From the NCBI GenBank assembly GCA_051306005.1, contig JBPPMJ010000001.1:3610-67609 (forward strand): a DNA stretch of 64,000 bases, given 5' to 3'. Both the position numbers and the translations under genes were made by a program. This stretch comes from Minisyncoccota bacterium. GTDB taxonomy: Bacteria > Patescibacteriota > Minisyncoccia > Moranbacterales > UBA1568. Positions 8,960 to 19,541 of the stretch are shown here, piece by piece; position 1 is the first letter of the stretch; each line of letters opens with the position of its first letter. A model generated the notes under the pieces. It did not search any database, was not told the DNA's origin, and worked only from the letters and a program-made list of their open reading frames with translations.

Positions 8960-10114
8960 TTAAATACTGGAATGAGGAAGAGAGGACTGTTGAAGCTTCT
9001 GGAGGATTATTTGTTCTGCCTCTTCCAGACTCGTAGCATCAAGCGAAAAGGCAAAAGTATCACCATGGAGAAGACCTTCTGAAAAGTGCGTTTTCAAACT
9101 GGTAAGATTTTCTGGTGTTGAGGCTTTGACAATGATATGTATCTGGGTATTACTTTCTGGTGACAGGATCATAAAAAGATGCGCAGAAGAGTAATTTCCC
9201 TTTATTTTTTCCAGTACTTGCGGTAAGTCAGCGATTTTGGCACGCGCCTGGACGAGATCTTCAATCGTGACGAATGACCAGATGAGTTTGAGGGATTCAT
9301 TCCATTTCGCTTGTCCCATCACTCGTCCCCAAAGTTTCAGTAGGTGAAGAGGCTGTGTCTTGTAGAGAGCCTGGACGATTTTTTGTTGATCAGCGCCCTG
9401 ATCCATGAGATGGGATGCTATTTTGAGCGCTTTCGGTGTCGTGTTTCGTTTCTGAAAACTGTCGGTCGCGGAGATAATACCGGTTAATAGTGCTTCAGTA
9501 ACGGTTTCTGTTAGAAGATTTGGGGCAGATTTTTCCAGGACATCAGCCAGAATTTCCGCATTGGCTGAGGCAGTAACATCTACCAAATTCACTTGTCCGA
9601 AAAGCTCGTTCTCGGCGTGATTATCAATATTCACTAACGGAATTTCGTAAAAAATATCTGGATTTTCTGTGTAAATTTTTCCAAGAGATTCCTTGTCCGC
9701 CGCTCCGATGATGATGGCTAAGTCAAATTTGAATTGAGCTGGGATAAAAGAAAAATCACGAGGATCAATAGAGCCATTTTCCGGTGTGAGGTAGATACGA
9801 ACTTCGCCCTCGGTGCTTTCGGTGCGTACGTTTATAATTTTGTTACGTTCGGTATTAAATGACAAAACAAAATCACGCGCACCGGCAATTGATGACAAGA
9901 TGGTATTTGGTTGAGCAAGAAAGGCAAGTGTCTCTATCTCGTGTTCAAGATTCTCTCCAGCCAAAGTCACTTCCTTTCCTGAATTTTGGAGGAAAAGAGC
10001 CAGGGCAAAAGCGCTGGCAACCGCATCACGATTTGGATAGGCGGGAATGAGTACCAGCGGAGTTTGAGTTTTTTTGAGTAGTTCCTGAAATTGTTGGGAC
10101 GGAGTAAGGGCCAT
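8960..10114 (-). CDS. DHH-family (NrnA-like) phosphoesterase homolog with degenerate motifs
   Basis: PNRDAVASA, NIDNH, AEILAD, LLTGIISATDSFQ. Start placed at MALTPSQQ. Confidence 0.75.
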   Translation of the reverse strand: MALTPSQQFQELLKKTQTPLVLIPAYPNRDAVASAFALALFLQNSGKEVTLAGENLEHEIETLAFLAQPNTILSSIAGARDFVLSFNTERNKIINVRTESTEGEVRIYLTPENGSIDPRDFSFIPAQFKFDLAIIIGAADKESLGKIYTENPDIFYEIPLVNIDNHAENELFGQVNLVDVTASANAEILADVLEKSAPNLLTETVTEALLTGIISATDSFQKRNTTPKALKIASHLMDQGADQQKIVQALYKTQPLHLLKLWGRVMGQAKWNESLKLIWSFVTIEDLVQARAKIADLPQVLEKIKGNYSSAHLFMILSPESNTQIHIIVKASTPENLTSLKTHFSEGLLHGDTFAFSLDATSLEEAEQIILQKLQQSSLPHSSI

Positions 10115-10251
10115 AGACGGAATAATGATAAGGAATGAGATCGGATCAAAGTTCTCTACAGTAACAAAAAAATATGGTACTGTCAAACCGAGCTGATGAC
10201 CATACTCAGAAAGATGTTATACTGAGATCGAAAAACATTGACGATATGTGT

Positions 10252-10683
10252 ATGCATATAATGCACACAACATCCACTGAAGAGACACGAGCGTGTGGGC
10301 AAAAATTGGCAGAGCGTCTCATACCCGGCACCGTGCTCTGTTTGACAGGGGATTTGGGGGCTGGTAAAACAACGTTGACCCAAGGATTGCTTGGGGCACT
10401 TGGAGCGCTCCCGCCCTATGTCAGTCCGACATTTGTTATTATGAAACAATATACTCTGCCCGCGCCAACCAAACGGGGCATAGAACGTGTTTACCATGTG
10501 GATGCCTATCGGATTGAAGCATGGGAATTGGAACCATTGGGTTTTGCTGAATGGTGTGCCGATCCACACGGTATTGTCATCCTTGAATGGCCCGAACGGG
10601 TCGCATCGATCCTCTCATCAGAGGTAACGCGTATCACTATCACTTCCAAAGGTGAAAACGAACGAGAGATATTTTGCACATAA
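10252..10683 (+). CDS. tsaE: tRNA threonylcarbamoyladenosine biosynthesis ATPase TsaE
   Basis: LTGDLGAGKTT, SPTF, HVDAYR, LEWP; exact start uncertain. Confidence 0.95.
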   Translation: MHIMHTTSTEETRACGQKLAERLIPGTVLCLTGDLGAGKTTLTQGLLGALGALPPYVSPTFVIMKQYTLPAPTKRGIERVYHVDAYRIEAWELEPLGFAEWCADPHGIVILEWPERVASILSSEVTRITITSKGENEREIFCT

Positions 10684-10787
10684 AATTTACTGTCAGAGAA
10701 ATTGTTACCATACTTTCTTGAGAATTCGTGTTCTCGTTTCAGATGATATGCTTTGAATGTAAGCGTGCTATGCCTTATACTGGCTCT

Positions 10788-13397
10788 ATGGATAAGAAAC
10801 TGAAAACATTGGTACTGTTGGATGGCAACGCACTCATTCATCGGGCGTACCATGCTTTGCCCCCACTAACCACGAAAAAGGGCGAGATGGTCAATGCGGT
10901 GTATGGATTTACCCTCACTTTACTTTCTGTACTTGAAAAATTCAAACCAGAGTATATATCAGCGTCTTTTGATCTGGCGGGACCGACGTTTCGCGATAAT
11001 TTGTACGAAGAATACAAAGCAAAGCGCGTGAAAGCTCCCGATGATTTGTATGCACAAATTCCTCGTGTCAAGGAGGTAGTACGGGCGTTTAATATTCCTA
11101 TCTATGAACTGGAGGGATTTGAAGCGGATGACTGTGTGGGAACGTTGGCCCGCCAGGCTGAACAGTCCGGTGTGCGGGTGATTATTGTGACGGGAGACAA
11201 TGATGCTCTTCAGCTCGTTACACCATCGGTCAAAGTTTTCACTCTGCGCAAGGGTATTAAAGATACAATGTTGTATGATGAACGGATGGTAGAGGAAAAA
11301 TACGGATTTGGACCAGCGCAGATTCCTGACTACAAAGGATTGGCAGGGGATGCTTCGGATAATATTCCTGGAGTGGCTGGTATCGGAGTCAAGACAGCAA
11401 CAGATCTTTTGAAAGAATTCAGTACATTGGAACAACTTTACGCTCGTTTGGAAGACGTGAAAGAATCCGTGCGTAACAAATTAATAGCTGACCAAGAAAA
11501 GGCTTTTTTGTCAAAACGGCTCGGGACCATTGATACGCATGCACCTATTACCTTGGATATTGCAACCTGCGTCAGCCGTGACTTTGATCAAGGGGTCGTG
11601 AAAGAGTTGCTCAAAGAATTAGGATTTTTCAGTCTCTTGAAACGTTTGCCTGGTCATAATCCGCAAACGACACATGATAATCCGCAGGAAACAGCACGCA
11701 AGAAAACAAAAAACAAAAAAATCACCACTTTAGAAGAATGGAAGAAATTTTTGGGCACCACGAAGACGACTGCCGTATTTTTTGAAAAATCATCCGGTAC
11801 GCTTTTTGAAACCGATATAAAACGGGTGCATATCGCGATTTCATCTGAGCAAGAAGGCACGGTGGAATGGAATAAAAATACGCGAGCATTCCTCAAACTT
11901 TTTTTGGAGGATGCGACGCAAAAGAAAATAGTCTACGATGGTAAGACAATGATGCATCAATTGTATACGGAAAGCATTGTATTGCGCGGTATTATGGCGG
12001 ATGTCTTGCTTTCCGCCTATCTTTTGAATGCTGGAGCGACTCTGACACTGGAACGGCTCATTGTAGAAGAGTGCGGTGAAGAGAGTATCAAAAATCCCGG
12101 AACAAAATTGTACGTATTGTACGAAATATATGAAAAACGATTGGATGAAATAAGTGAAAAACAACCAACAGGTAAAACGTTACGGAGCGTGTTGGAAACA
12201 ATCGAGTTGCCACTTCTTCCTGTCTTATTTAGCATGGAAAAAAACGGCATATATCTGAATACGGAAAAATTTCACGCACTTTCCGAAGAGTTAACAAAAG
12301 AGTTGATGATATTGGAACGAGATATTTATACCTTTTCGGGAAAAACATTCAATATTAATTCACCAAAACAATTGGCGGAAGTACTGTTTCAGGATTTGCA
12401 GATTCCCACGACCAATATCAAGAAAACAAAAACAGGAATCTCAACCGCTTCAACGGAGTTGCAAAAATTACAAGCGTATCCTATTGTGACGAAAATCGAA
12501 AGTTATCGAGAACTTTTCAAATTGAAGACCACTTATTTAGATGCTCTTCCTTTATTGGTTGGAACGGATGGACGTTTGCATACGACCTTTCAACAAGCAG
12601 TGACAGCGACTGGACGACTTTCATCAATAAATCCCAATCTGCAGAATATTCCTGCGCGCACGAGCTGGAGTGAACGTATCCGAGGGGCTTTTGAAGCGGG
12701 TTCGGGCAAGGTATTGGTGAGTGCGGATTACTCTCAAATTGAATTGCGAGTAATGGCACATATGAGCAGAGACACAGCGTTGACATCAGCCTTTCAGAAC
12801 GGTGAAGATGTACATACAACGACGGCATCAGTAGTGTACAAAGTTGAGCCAACAGCAGTGACCGCTGATATGCGTCGTCAGGCCAAAGTGTTTAATTTCG
12901 GTATTTTGTACGGTATGGGGGCATTTGGTTTGGCGCAATCAGCTAATATTGAGCAGAGTGTCGCCAGCGGATTTATTCGGGATTATTTTCAAAAATTTTC
13001 TGGTGTAGCTCATTTTATTCAAACTATGAAAGATGATGCAAGGCAGAAAGGATATGTGGAAACAGAGTTGGGGCGACGTCGTTACACACCGGAAATGATG
13101 AGTGCCAACCAGCAAGTGGTCCATAGTGCCGAACGGATGGCGATTAATATGCCGATTCAGGGATTGGCGGCGGATATCATGAAATTGGCGATGCTCTCGG
13201 TGTTTCGCGCACTACAGCCGTATGGAGATGCGGTGAGTATGTTGCTTCAGGTGCATGACGAGTTGATTGTTGAAGTGAGAGAAGATCAGGCTGAAATGGT
13301 GGCGCGTATCATCAAATCAACTATGGAACAAGCCTATACTCTACGAGTTCCCTTGATTGTTGCAGTCACTATCGGACATAATTGGGGAGAGATATAA
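10788..13397 (+). CDS. polA: DNA polymerase I
   Basis: LLDGNALIHRAYHA, EADD, GDASDNIPGV, TGRLSSINPNLQNIP, DYSQIELR, LQVHDELI. Confidence 0.98.
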   Translation: MDKKLKTLVLLDGNALIHRAYHALPPLTTKKGEMVNAVYGFTLTLLSVLEKFKPEYISASFDLAGPTFRDNLYEEYKAKRVKAPDDLYAQIPRVKEVVRAFNIPIYELEGFEADDCVGTLARQAEQSGVRVIIVTGDNDALQLVTPSVKVFTLRKGIKDTMLYDERMVEEKYGFGPAQIPDYKGLAGDASDNIPGVAGIGVKTATDLLKEFSTLEQLYARLEDVKESVRNKLIADQEKAFLSKRLGTIDTHAPITLDIATCVSRDFDQGVVKELLKELGFFSLLKRLPGHNPQTTHDNPQETARKKTKNKKITTLEEWKKFLGTTKTTAVFFEKSSGTLFETDIKRVHIAISSEQEGTVEWNKNTRAFLKLFLEDATQKKIVYDGKTMMHQLYTESIVLRGIMADVLLSAYLLNAGATLTLERLIVEECGEESIKNPGTKLYVLYEIYEKRLDEISEKQPTGKTLRSVLETIELPLLPVLFSMEKNGIYLNTEKFHALSEELTKELMILERDIYTFSGKTFNINSPKQLAEVLFQDLQIPTTNIKKTKTGISTASTELQKLQAYPIVTKIESYRELFKLKTTYLDALPLLVGTDGRLHTTFQQAVTATGRLSSINPNLQNIPARTSWSERIRGAFEAGSGKVLVSADYSQIELRVMAHMSRDTALTSAFQNGEDVHTTTASVVYKVEPTAVTADMRRQAKVFNFGILYGMGAFGLAQSANIEQSVASGFIRDYFQKFSGVAHFIQTMKDDARQKGYVETELGRRRYTPEMMSANQQVVHSAERMAINMPIQGLAADIMKLAMLSVFRALQPYGDAVSMLLQVHDELIVEVREDQAEMVARIIKSTMEQAYTLRVPLIVAVTIGHNWGEI

Positions 13398-13423
13398 TTG
13401 ATAAATGAGATATAACCATCATT

Positions 13424-14281
13424 ATGGGATACGAAGATTCTTTTGCAAAGATAGACAGAGGTATTGACCAGAAGCTACAACAGGCAGAATATTTACATCC
13501 GATTATTGCGGAGGCAGACAAAAAAGCCAAGCAGATAATACATCGTGACGCTATTGATCCTATCACGTTTACTCCTCCGTATGATCGCATGGTTGTGCAT
13601 AATGATATTATTTTAGCAGAAAAACTCCGCGCTAAATTTGAAACAGATGAACCGCATAAAAAATATGCCGATGTTTTGGAAGGTCTGTTGTATGAACATA
13701 TCGAACAGAGCGATTGGTTTGGCGGAACGGCAAGCACTATCAAAACATCTTTGTATGATGATTATGTCAATGGTGTTGATTTGATTGTGGAATTTGAGGA
13801 GCCATCACGAGCACTGTCGCATATGGGTCTAGCTATTGATGTGACATTTAGCGCTATTTCGTTACGGAAAAAGTTTGACATGATTCATCGGGAAATAGTA
13901 AATGGTACATTGACAGAGGTAAAATATTTCGAATCTGAGCGGTCACAACACAAAGGTTTGTATCAAAAACTTCCGCGTGTGGTCGTTGGTATTGAGCGCA
14001 GTCGGATTATCGAGCTTGCAACTCTATGGCTTGACCCGAAGAGGAAAAAAGAATTTGCCGTTCACCCTGTGCAAAAAATCATTCTTGAAGAAATTGCTTT
14101 GCAACTTACGCATTTTCAGGCGTTTGCTGAAACGAGCAACGTAAAAGCGCGGGCGTTGACACCTATTTTTGCCAGAGAGCTTTCCGTTATCAAAAATATT
14201 CTTGCAGAAAAACGAGGCATGCCATCAGGTGACTCTAAAAATGACCGTGTTTTTACCGCTATCAAACAACAACTCACTTGA
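13424..14281 (+). CDS. Hypothetical protein, possibly PD-(D/E)xK-like fold
   Basis: 285-aa co-oriented ORF between polA and mutM; acidic motif DDYVNGVDLIVEF...LAIDVT. Confidence 0.6.
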   Translation: MGYEDSFAKIDRGIDQKLQQAEYLHPIIAEADKKAKQIIHRDAIDPITFTPPYDRMVVHNDIILAEKLRAKFETDEPHKKYADVLEGLLYEHIEQSDWFGGTASTIKTSLYDDYVNGVDLIVEFEEPSRALSHMGLAIDVTFSAISLRKKFDMIHREIVNGTLTEVKYFESERSQHKGLYQKLPRVVVGIERSRIIELATLWLDPKRKKEFAVHPVQKIILEEIALQLTHFQAFAETSNVKARALTPIFARELSVIKNILAEKRGMPSGDSKNDRVFTAIKQQLT

Positions 14282-14297
14282 TTTCAAGATACGCGCT

Positions 14298-15146
14298 ATG
14301 CCAGAATTACCGGAAGTACAGACTGTTGTGTCGCAATTACAACAAAAAATTGTAGGCAAAACGATGGCGTATTTTTGGAGTGATTGGACAAAAAAAGTTT
14401 TTCCTAGCAAGCCTATCGTGGCGCGCGATATACGTCATGCCGTCATAATAAAAGTGCGACGCCTCGGTAAGCATATCGTGCTGGATCTGAATACAGAATA
14501 TTCTCTTGTGATACATCTCAAAATGACGGGACACATCCTTATCAAAACTCCGAATAACCGAAACACCTTGGCATTTCAGGAAAAAATCAACGGGTATATT
14601 CATCACATTATCACATTTACGGACGACACGACATTTGAGTTTTCTGATATGCGAAAATTCGGCTGGTTGCGTATGGTGCCGACAAAGGATGTTATGTCTT
14701 TGGACAGTATCGCGTTATTGGGTCCAGATGCCCTTTCTCCTGTTTTGACGAGTACACATTTTCAAGAAGTGTTGTCTCCGCGCCGACACGCCCTTATCGG
14801 AAGTGTACTTTTGGAACAGCGTTTGATTGCTGGTATTGGTAATATTTATCGCAGTGAAATACTTTTTTCGGCAGGTATATTGCCAAAACGCGCACTATCA
14901 ACCCTGTCTCAAAAGGAGTGGAAAAGCTTATTTTTTGCCGTACAAAAGGTTTTACGCCAAGCTATTCGTTCAGCAGGAACCAGTGACGGGGATTTTCGAG
15001 ATACCGATGGATTGCCGGGGAAATTCCAAAATACCATTTATGTCTACCGAAGAGACCGCCAACTATGTAAGAAATGTGGTACAATAATACAACGTGACAG
15101 TATCGGAAAAAGAAGCATCTTCTTTTGTCCGAGTTGTCAGAAATGA
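14298..15146 (+). CDS. mutM: Formamidopyrimidine-DNA glycosylase
   Basis: MPELPEV, RRLGK, HLKMTG, DMRKFG, GIGNIY, C-terminal zinc finger CKKC...CPSCQ. Confidence 0.97.
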   Translation: MPELPEVQTVVSQLQQKIVGKTMAYFWSDWTKKVFPSKPIVARDIRHAVIIKVRRLGKHIVLDLNTEYSLVIHLKMTGHILIKTPNNRNTLAFQEKINGYIHHIITFTDDTTFEFSDMRKFGWLRMVPTKDVMSLDSIALLGPDALSPVLTSTHFQEVLSPRRHALIGSVLLEQRLIAGIGNIYRSEILFSAGILPKRALSTLSQKEWKSLFFAVQKVLRQAIRSAGTSDGDFRDTDGLPGKFQNTIYVYRRDRQLCKKCGTIIQRDSIGKRSIFFCPSCQK

Positions 15147-15172
15147 TTTTTTTTCAATAACTACTATACACT

Positions 15173-16300
15173 ATGACGAAAAAGAAAATTATCAGTAGCC
15201 TTGTTGCGTTATTGGTAGTCAGTCTCTTGTGGTATTTTTTCTTTGGCAAAGAAGAAAGGCGGACACCCATTGAGTTGAATAACAAGAATCAATCCTCGAT
15301 GACAAATACTGGCCCAGCCAATACTGGGGAAGTGAGTCCGATTTCTGGTTTGCCTTGTGACAATTGGAATCGCAGACCCTTGGCAGTGATGCAACCTGGT
15401 GATGTTTCTGCTCGCCCGACCGCTGGTTTTTCAGAAGCAGATATGGTGATAGAGATGCCGGTTATTACGGCAAGCGTGACACGCTTGATGGGTATTTATA
15501 TTTGTAATACACCGACTGAGGTCGGATCTATGCGGAGTGCTCGTCATGATTTTATCCATCTCGCCAAAGGATTGGATGCTATTTTTGTTTCTTGGGGACG
15601 TTCAGAATCACATGCGGACAGTGATACCGTTGGATTGGCGAAAGGTATTTTGGATCGCGGGGAAATAGAAAATATCAATTGTAACGGAGACGCTGGTAAG
15701 TCAGCGAATGCCTGTGCAGATAACCCTTGTTTTCGTAAGGAAGGTATGGCGCGTGGCGTGGACAGTGGCTATGGTCATCCAGCTCAGTTCTATGCTTGTG
15801 CCGAGAAATTTGAATATTCACTGAAAAACACATTCTCCGGTTATCGACACATGGCGGAAGTAGATATAGAGCACCGTCCACAGGGTGGGGAATTACGAGT
15901 GCCTTTCGCTGGTTCTTTCGCGGTAGAGTATACCTATGATCGTACTACTAATAGCTATCTCCGTACTTGGGGAGGCGTATCCGATATCGATCGGAACACG
16001 AAAAATCGTATTGCCCCAAAAAATATCGCGGTTCTTATGGCGCGCTCTGATCAAATTGAGGGACAATACAATAATGTTCAGTTGGGTGATCCGTGGTACG
16101 ATCAGACAGATAGTGGAGATGCATTTTATCATATGAACGGTCAGGAGGTGCGTGGTACTTGGAAAAAAGATAAATCCAGTATCGGAAGCAAACTGAACTT
16201 CTTTGATCAATCCGGCAATGAAATTGCCTTTGTGCCAGGGCAAATATGGGTGGAAGTCTTGGAGCCAGGACAGACCCTGAGATGGAATCCTATCCAATAA
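15173..16300 (+). CDS. DUF3048-like membrane-anchored surface protein
   Basis: N-terminal TM; SPISGL, RPLAVM, TRLMGIY, GSMRSAR, PGQIWVEV. Confidence 0.8.
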   Translation: MTKKKIISSLVALLVVSLLWYFFFGKEERRTPIELNNKNQSSMTNTGPANTGEVSPISGLPCDNWNRRPLAVMQPGDVSARPTAGFSEADMVIEMPVITASVTRLMGIYICNTPTEVGSMRSARHDFIHLAKGLDAIFVSWGRSESHADSDTVGLAKGILDRGEIENINCNGDAGKSANACADNPCFRKEGMARGVDSGYGHPAQFYACAEKFEYSLKNTFSGYRHMAEVDIEHRPQGGELRVPFAGSFAVEYTYDRTTNSYLRTWGGVSDIDRNTKNRIAPKNIAVLMARSDQIEGQYNNVQLGDPWYDQTDSGDAFYHMNGQEVRGTWKKDKSSIGSKLNFFDQSGNEIAFVPGQIWVEVLEPGQTLRWNPIQ

Positions 16301-16380
16301 ATTGCCACACAGCCACTAAAAACAGGGAAATAAAGAGAGTGGAGGAGTGCCTTTTGTTTATCTCAATGCGCCTATGATCC

Positions 16381-17364
16381 GTGATGATAGAAGGTGATAT
16401 GATTTTCTTTTTACATGGAGAAGACGCTTTTCGCCTCAATGAACGCCGGGGCGCGTTGCAAAAAATATTTTTCAAAAAATATCCAGACGGAGAATGTTCG
16501 ATATTTGATTTTGAAGATCAAAATAGTCCAGATGATGTGCGTCGAGCTTTTGCCTTTTGCGAAGCAGATTTGTTTTCAAATCAAAAAATGGCGGTTTTTT
16601 TGCATCCTTCAGCATTGAATGAGGCAGGAAGAGAAGCACTCCTTTTGTTTTTGGAAAGTTTTATCAAAAAGCCTGCTCAACTGACAACGGTTGTGTTGAC
16701 GCATCCGCAAAAAATAAAAAAGACAGACACTTTTATACAGAAACTGCTCCAGCTTACAGATCAGGAAGAGGTTTTTTTGCAACCAGACATCAAGCAGATG
16801 GCAGTATATGTGAAAAATGAGTTGGCGCGCAGAGATCCGATAGCACGTTTTTCTCAGGAGGCGCTGATGCTGTTTGTTACATCAGTTGGTGTAGATATGG
16901 CACGGATGCATACCGAATTGGAAAAACTCACTCTCTTCAAACCAGGGGCTCTTTTGACAGTGGATGATATACGATTGTTTGTGGGACGTACACAGGAAAA
17001 GATTGTTTTTGAAGCGTTGGATGCTTTAGCGCGAGGCGAGAGGAAGCTGGCACTTCTTTTGTTTCACCAGGAAGCATCGGGTGTGGATGGCGCTTATCCA
17101 CTTCTTGCCATGTGTGCATGGCAAATACGAAGACTGATATTGGTTAGAGAGGTGTATGAGCACGGTACGCGACATCTCGCAGATATTGCTTCTCAAACCG
17201 CCTTGCCACCATTCGCTATACAAAAAATACTGACCACCATGGACGCTTTTCCACTCAAACGTCTCAAAAAGGGCCTAGCGTTCTTAGCAGATATTGATAT
17301 TGAATGTAAGAGTGGTCGTGCGGATCCGCTTATTTCTTTAGATATGTTTGTTTGGCGATTTTAG
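16381..17364 (+). CDS. holA: DNA polymerase III delta subunit
   Basis: IFFLHGED, ELEKL, VFEALDAL, DIECKSG; adjacent to rpsT. Confidence 0.9.
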   Translation: MMIEGDMIFFLHGEDAFRLNERRGALQKIFFKKYPDGECSIFDFEDQNSPDDVRRAFAFCEADLFSNQKMAVFLHPSALNEAGREALLLFLESFIKKPAQLTTVVLTHPQKIKKTDTFIQKLLQLTDQEEVFLQPDIKQMAVYVKNELARRDPIARFSQEALMLFVTSVGVDMARMHTELEKLTLFKPGALLTVDDIRLFVGRTQEKIVFEALDALARGERKLALLLFHQEASGVDGAYPLLAMCAWQIRRLILVREVYEHGTRHLADIASQTALPPFAIQKILTTMDAFPLKRLKKGLAFLADIDIECKSGRADPLISLDMFVWRF

Positions 17365-17372
17365 AGTAGAAT

Positions 17373-17410
17373 TATCAAAAAACTCCTCAATGACGAGGAG
17401 TTTTTTGATA
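17373..17410. terminator. Bidirectional terminator between convergent holA and rpsT
   Basis: Perfect 16-bp inverted repeat TATCAAAAAACTCCTC-N6-GAGGAGTTTTTTGATA. Confidence 0.85.
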
Positions 17411-17445
17411 GTGGCAACATTACACAAATTTGGAGAAAATACTCA

Positions 17446-17715
17446 TTATTTGACGACTGCTTTTTTAACAAGAGCATTGAGACGAGATTTTTTGCGCGCA
17501 GCGGTGTTCTTTTTGATAATCTTCTTCTGCGCCGCTTTATCGATGGATTTAATTGCTTTTTTGAGCCATTCTTGTGCAACATCAACATTGCCGATATGGA
17601 CCGCGGCTTCTGTTTTTTTGATGGCACTTTTGACGATACCAGTTGCGATCTTGTTGCGGACTGTCTTTCGGGCGGTGACGCGCATGTATTTTTTTGCGGA
17701 TTGTTTGATAGGCAT
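17446..17715 (-). CDS. rpsT: 30S ribosomal protein S20
   Basis: MPIKQSAKKYMR...IDKAAQKKIIKKNTAARKKSRL. Confidence 0.97.
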   Translation of the reverse strand: MPIKQSAKKYMRVTARKTVRNKIATGIVKSAIKKTEAAVHIGNVDVAQEWLKKAIKSIDKAAQKKIIKKNTAARKKSRLNALVKKAVVK

Positions 17716-17930
17716 AACTTGTATCTCTACTTTGGTTAAATAAGGAAAATACGAAAATTCCACAAAAGAAACCTGATAATCAGGATGTATTATTTGTAAC
17801 ATATCCAAACGTTTTTGGCAAGGTAACGAGGATGGCAAGAATATGATATTATGCATATGTCCTTATCTGCAGAGAAAGAAAAAACATTCTATATTCTCGA
17901 TAAAGGCACTTTTTAATCATAGAGAAAGTC

Positions 17931-18500
17931 ATGATTGCTCAAATAGAAGGAAAAATTGTCGGTATGCGTGGCGGAGCTATCATACTGATGGTGGGTGGCA
18001 TCGGATATCGAGTTTTTGTTTCTGCCTATACCTTGGGAAAAACGGCGGGACGGACAGACGTGACGTTGTACATTCATACGCACGTGCGAGAAGATATTTT
18101 GGCTTTGTATGGTTTTCTGAATGAAGAAGATCTCACAATGTTTGAGTTACTTATTTCTATTTCCGGTATTGGCCCTAAAGTCGCACTCTCCATTCTTTCC
18201 ATTGCGGATGTGAAAACAATTCGCACCGCTATTGTTAATAAAGATCCGAGTATTTTGACTCGGGTGTCTGGTGTCGGCAAACGCACCGCTGAACGGGTTA
18301 TTGTGGAATTACAAAACAAAGTTGATGACATCGGCATAGAGGATCAAGCGAGTGCCTTGGCAGGACAAGATGCATTGGAAGCACTCACATCACTGGGATA
18401 TTCCGTCACTGAATCACGGGAAGCATTGAAATCAGTGGGATTAGAAATTACTGATGTAAGTGTGCGTATTCGTCAGGCGTTGCGTAATCTGGGAAAGTAG
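17931..18500 (+). CDS. ruvA: Holliday junction branch migration protein RuvA
   Basis: GIGYRV, HVRED, LYGF, SGIGPK, GVGKRTAERVIVEL. Confidence 0.97.
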   Translation: MIAQIEGKIVGMRGGAIILMVGGIGYRVFVSAYTLGKTAGRTDVTLYIHTHVREDILALYGFLNEEDLTMFELLISISGIGPKVALSILSIADVKTIRTAIVNKDPSILTRVSGVGKRTAERVIVELQNKVDDIGIEDQASALAGQDALEALTSLGYSVTESREALKSVGLEITDVSVRIRQALRNLGK

Positions 18501-18509
18501 CGTGAAGAT

Positions 18510-19541
18510 ATGAAACAGTATCAAGAGTTTCTCCAATCCGAACATTGGCGCACCTTTCAAGAGGTGACTGGCAAGAAAACACACCTCTTTACGTTTGGTA
18601 CATGTTATGGGCACAGCATTTTTCATCATGTGCCAGCGGTGGGGCAGTATGGTTATTTTCCACGCGGTCCCATTTTGGAAATAGGGAGCCAGCTATCGGA
18701 TATGGAACAGTGGTTGCGTGAAACTTTAACTTATATGATGACGCATCACATTGGTTGGATACGCATTGAGCCAGATACAAGAGCATCACTTGAGATGATA
18801 CGGGATTCCTTGGAACCTCTTTCAGAAGCGCTCAAAACGCATTTTTCTTGCGTTATGGCTCCGCATGATGTACAGCCACGCGCTGTATTGAGGATGGATC
18901 TCGCTCCTCATGAAGAGACGTTGCTTTCCTCCATGAAACCCAAAACTCGTTACAATATTCGTCTTGCGAAAAAACATGGCGTGCAAATTCGCATGACTCG
19001 AGCGGATAATGATCTGGATATATTCTGTGATCTTGTAGAAAAAACAGCCAATCGAAAACACATTGCTCCTCATCCGCGTGAGTACTATCGCAATATGTTG
19101 AGAACCTTACCAGAAGACGTGTGTCAGATTTTTGTCGCTGAATATCAGGATACGGTGGTGGCTGCGAATATGGTGATTATTTATGAGGGTACAGCGTTAT
19201 ATTTGCATGGCGGTTCAGAAAAACGGTATCGTGAGGTAATGGCGCCATATCTATTGCAATGGCAACAAATACAGTATGCCAAAACACGCGGATGTCTGTA
19301 TTATGATTTTGGCGGTGTGCAAATGGCACCAGGTGTTTCAGCGCCAACGAATCAGCAAAAGATAATGCATCAAGGTAATGATTGGGGCGGTATCACCGCA
19401 TTCAAACGCGGTTTTTCGCCGAAGACTGTTCCGACGATATATCCGGGCACCTATGATATTATTATCAGACCGCATGTGTATGTCGTGTATCGAATTCTTC
19501 AACGTTTCCAAAAAATAAGACGCTTGTTGTCATCACTATGA
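18510..19541 (+). CDS. FemAB/FemX-family peptidoglycan bridge peptidyltransferase
   Basis: FLQSEHW, PRGP, KTRYNIRLA, YLHGGS, YDFGG, FKRGF. Confidence 0.9.
   Translation: MKQYQEFLQSEHWRTFQEVTGKKTHLFTFGTCYGHSIFHHVPAVGQYGYFPRGPILEIGSQLSDMEQWLRETLTYMMTHHIGWIRIEPDTRASLEMIRDSLEPLSEALKTHFSCVMAPHDVQPRAVLRMDLAPHEETLLSSMKPKTRYNIRLAKKHGVQIRMTRADNDLDIFCDLVEKTANRKHIAPHPREYYRNMLRTLPEDVCQIFVAEYQDTVVAANMVIIYEGTALYLHGGSEKRYREVMAPYLLQWQQIQYAKTRGCLYYDFGGVQMAPGVSAPTNQQKIMHQGNDWGGITAFKRGFSPKTVPTIYPGTYDIIIRPHVYVVYRILQRFQKIRRLLSSL

Noticed and set aside
10114-10252. Switch from minus- to plus-strand genes as a possible replication origin
   Set aside because: Short intergenic gap with no dnaA and no DnaA-box cluster.
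11656-11690. Short tandem duplication in the polA linker (HNPQTTHDNPQET)
   Set aside because: Small in-frame repeat in a variable linker; no sign of function.
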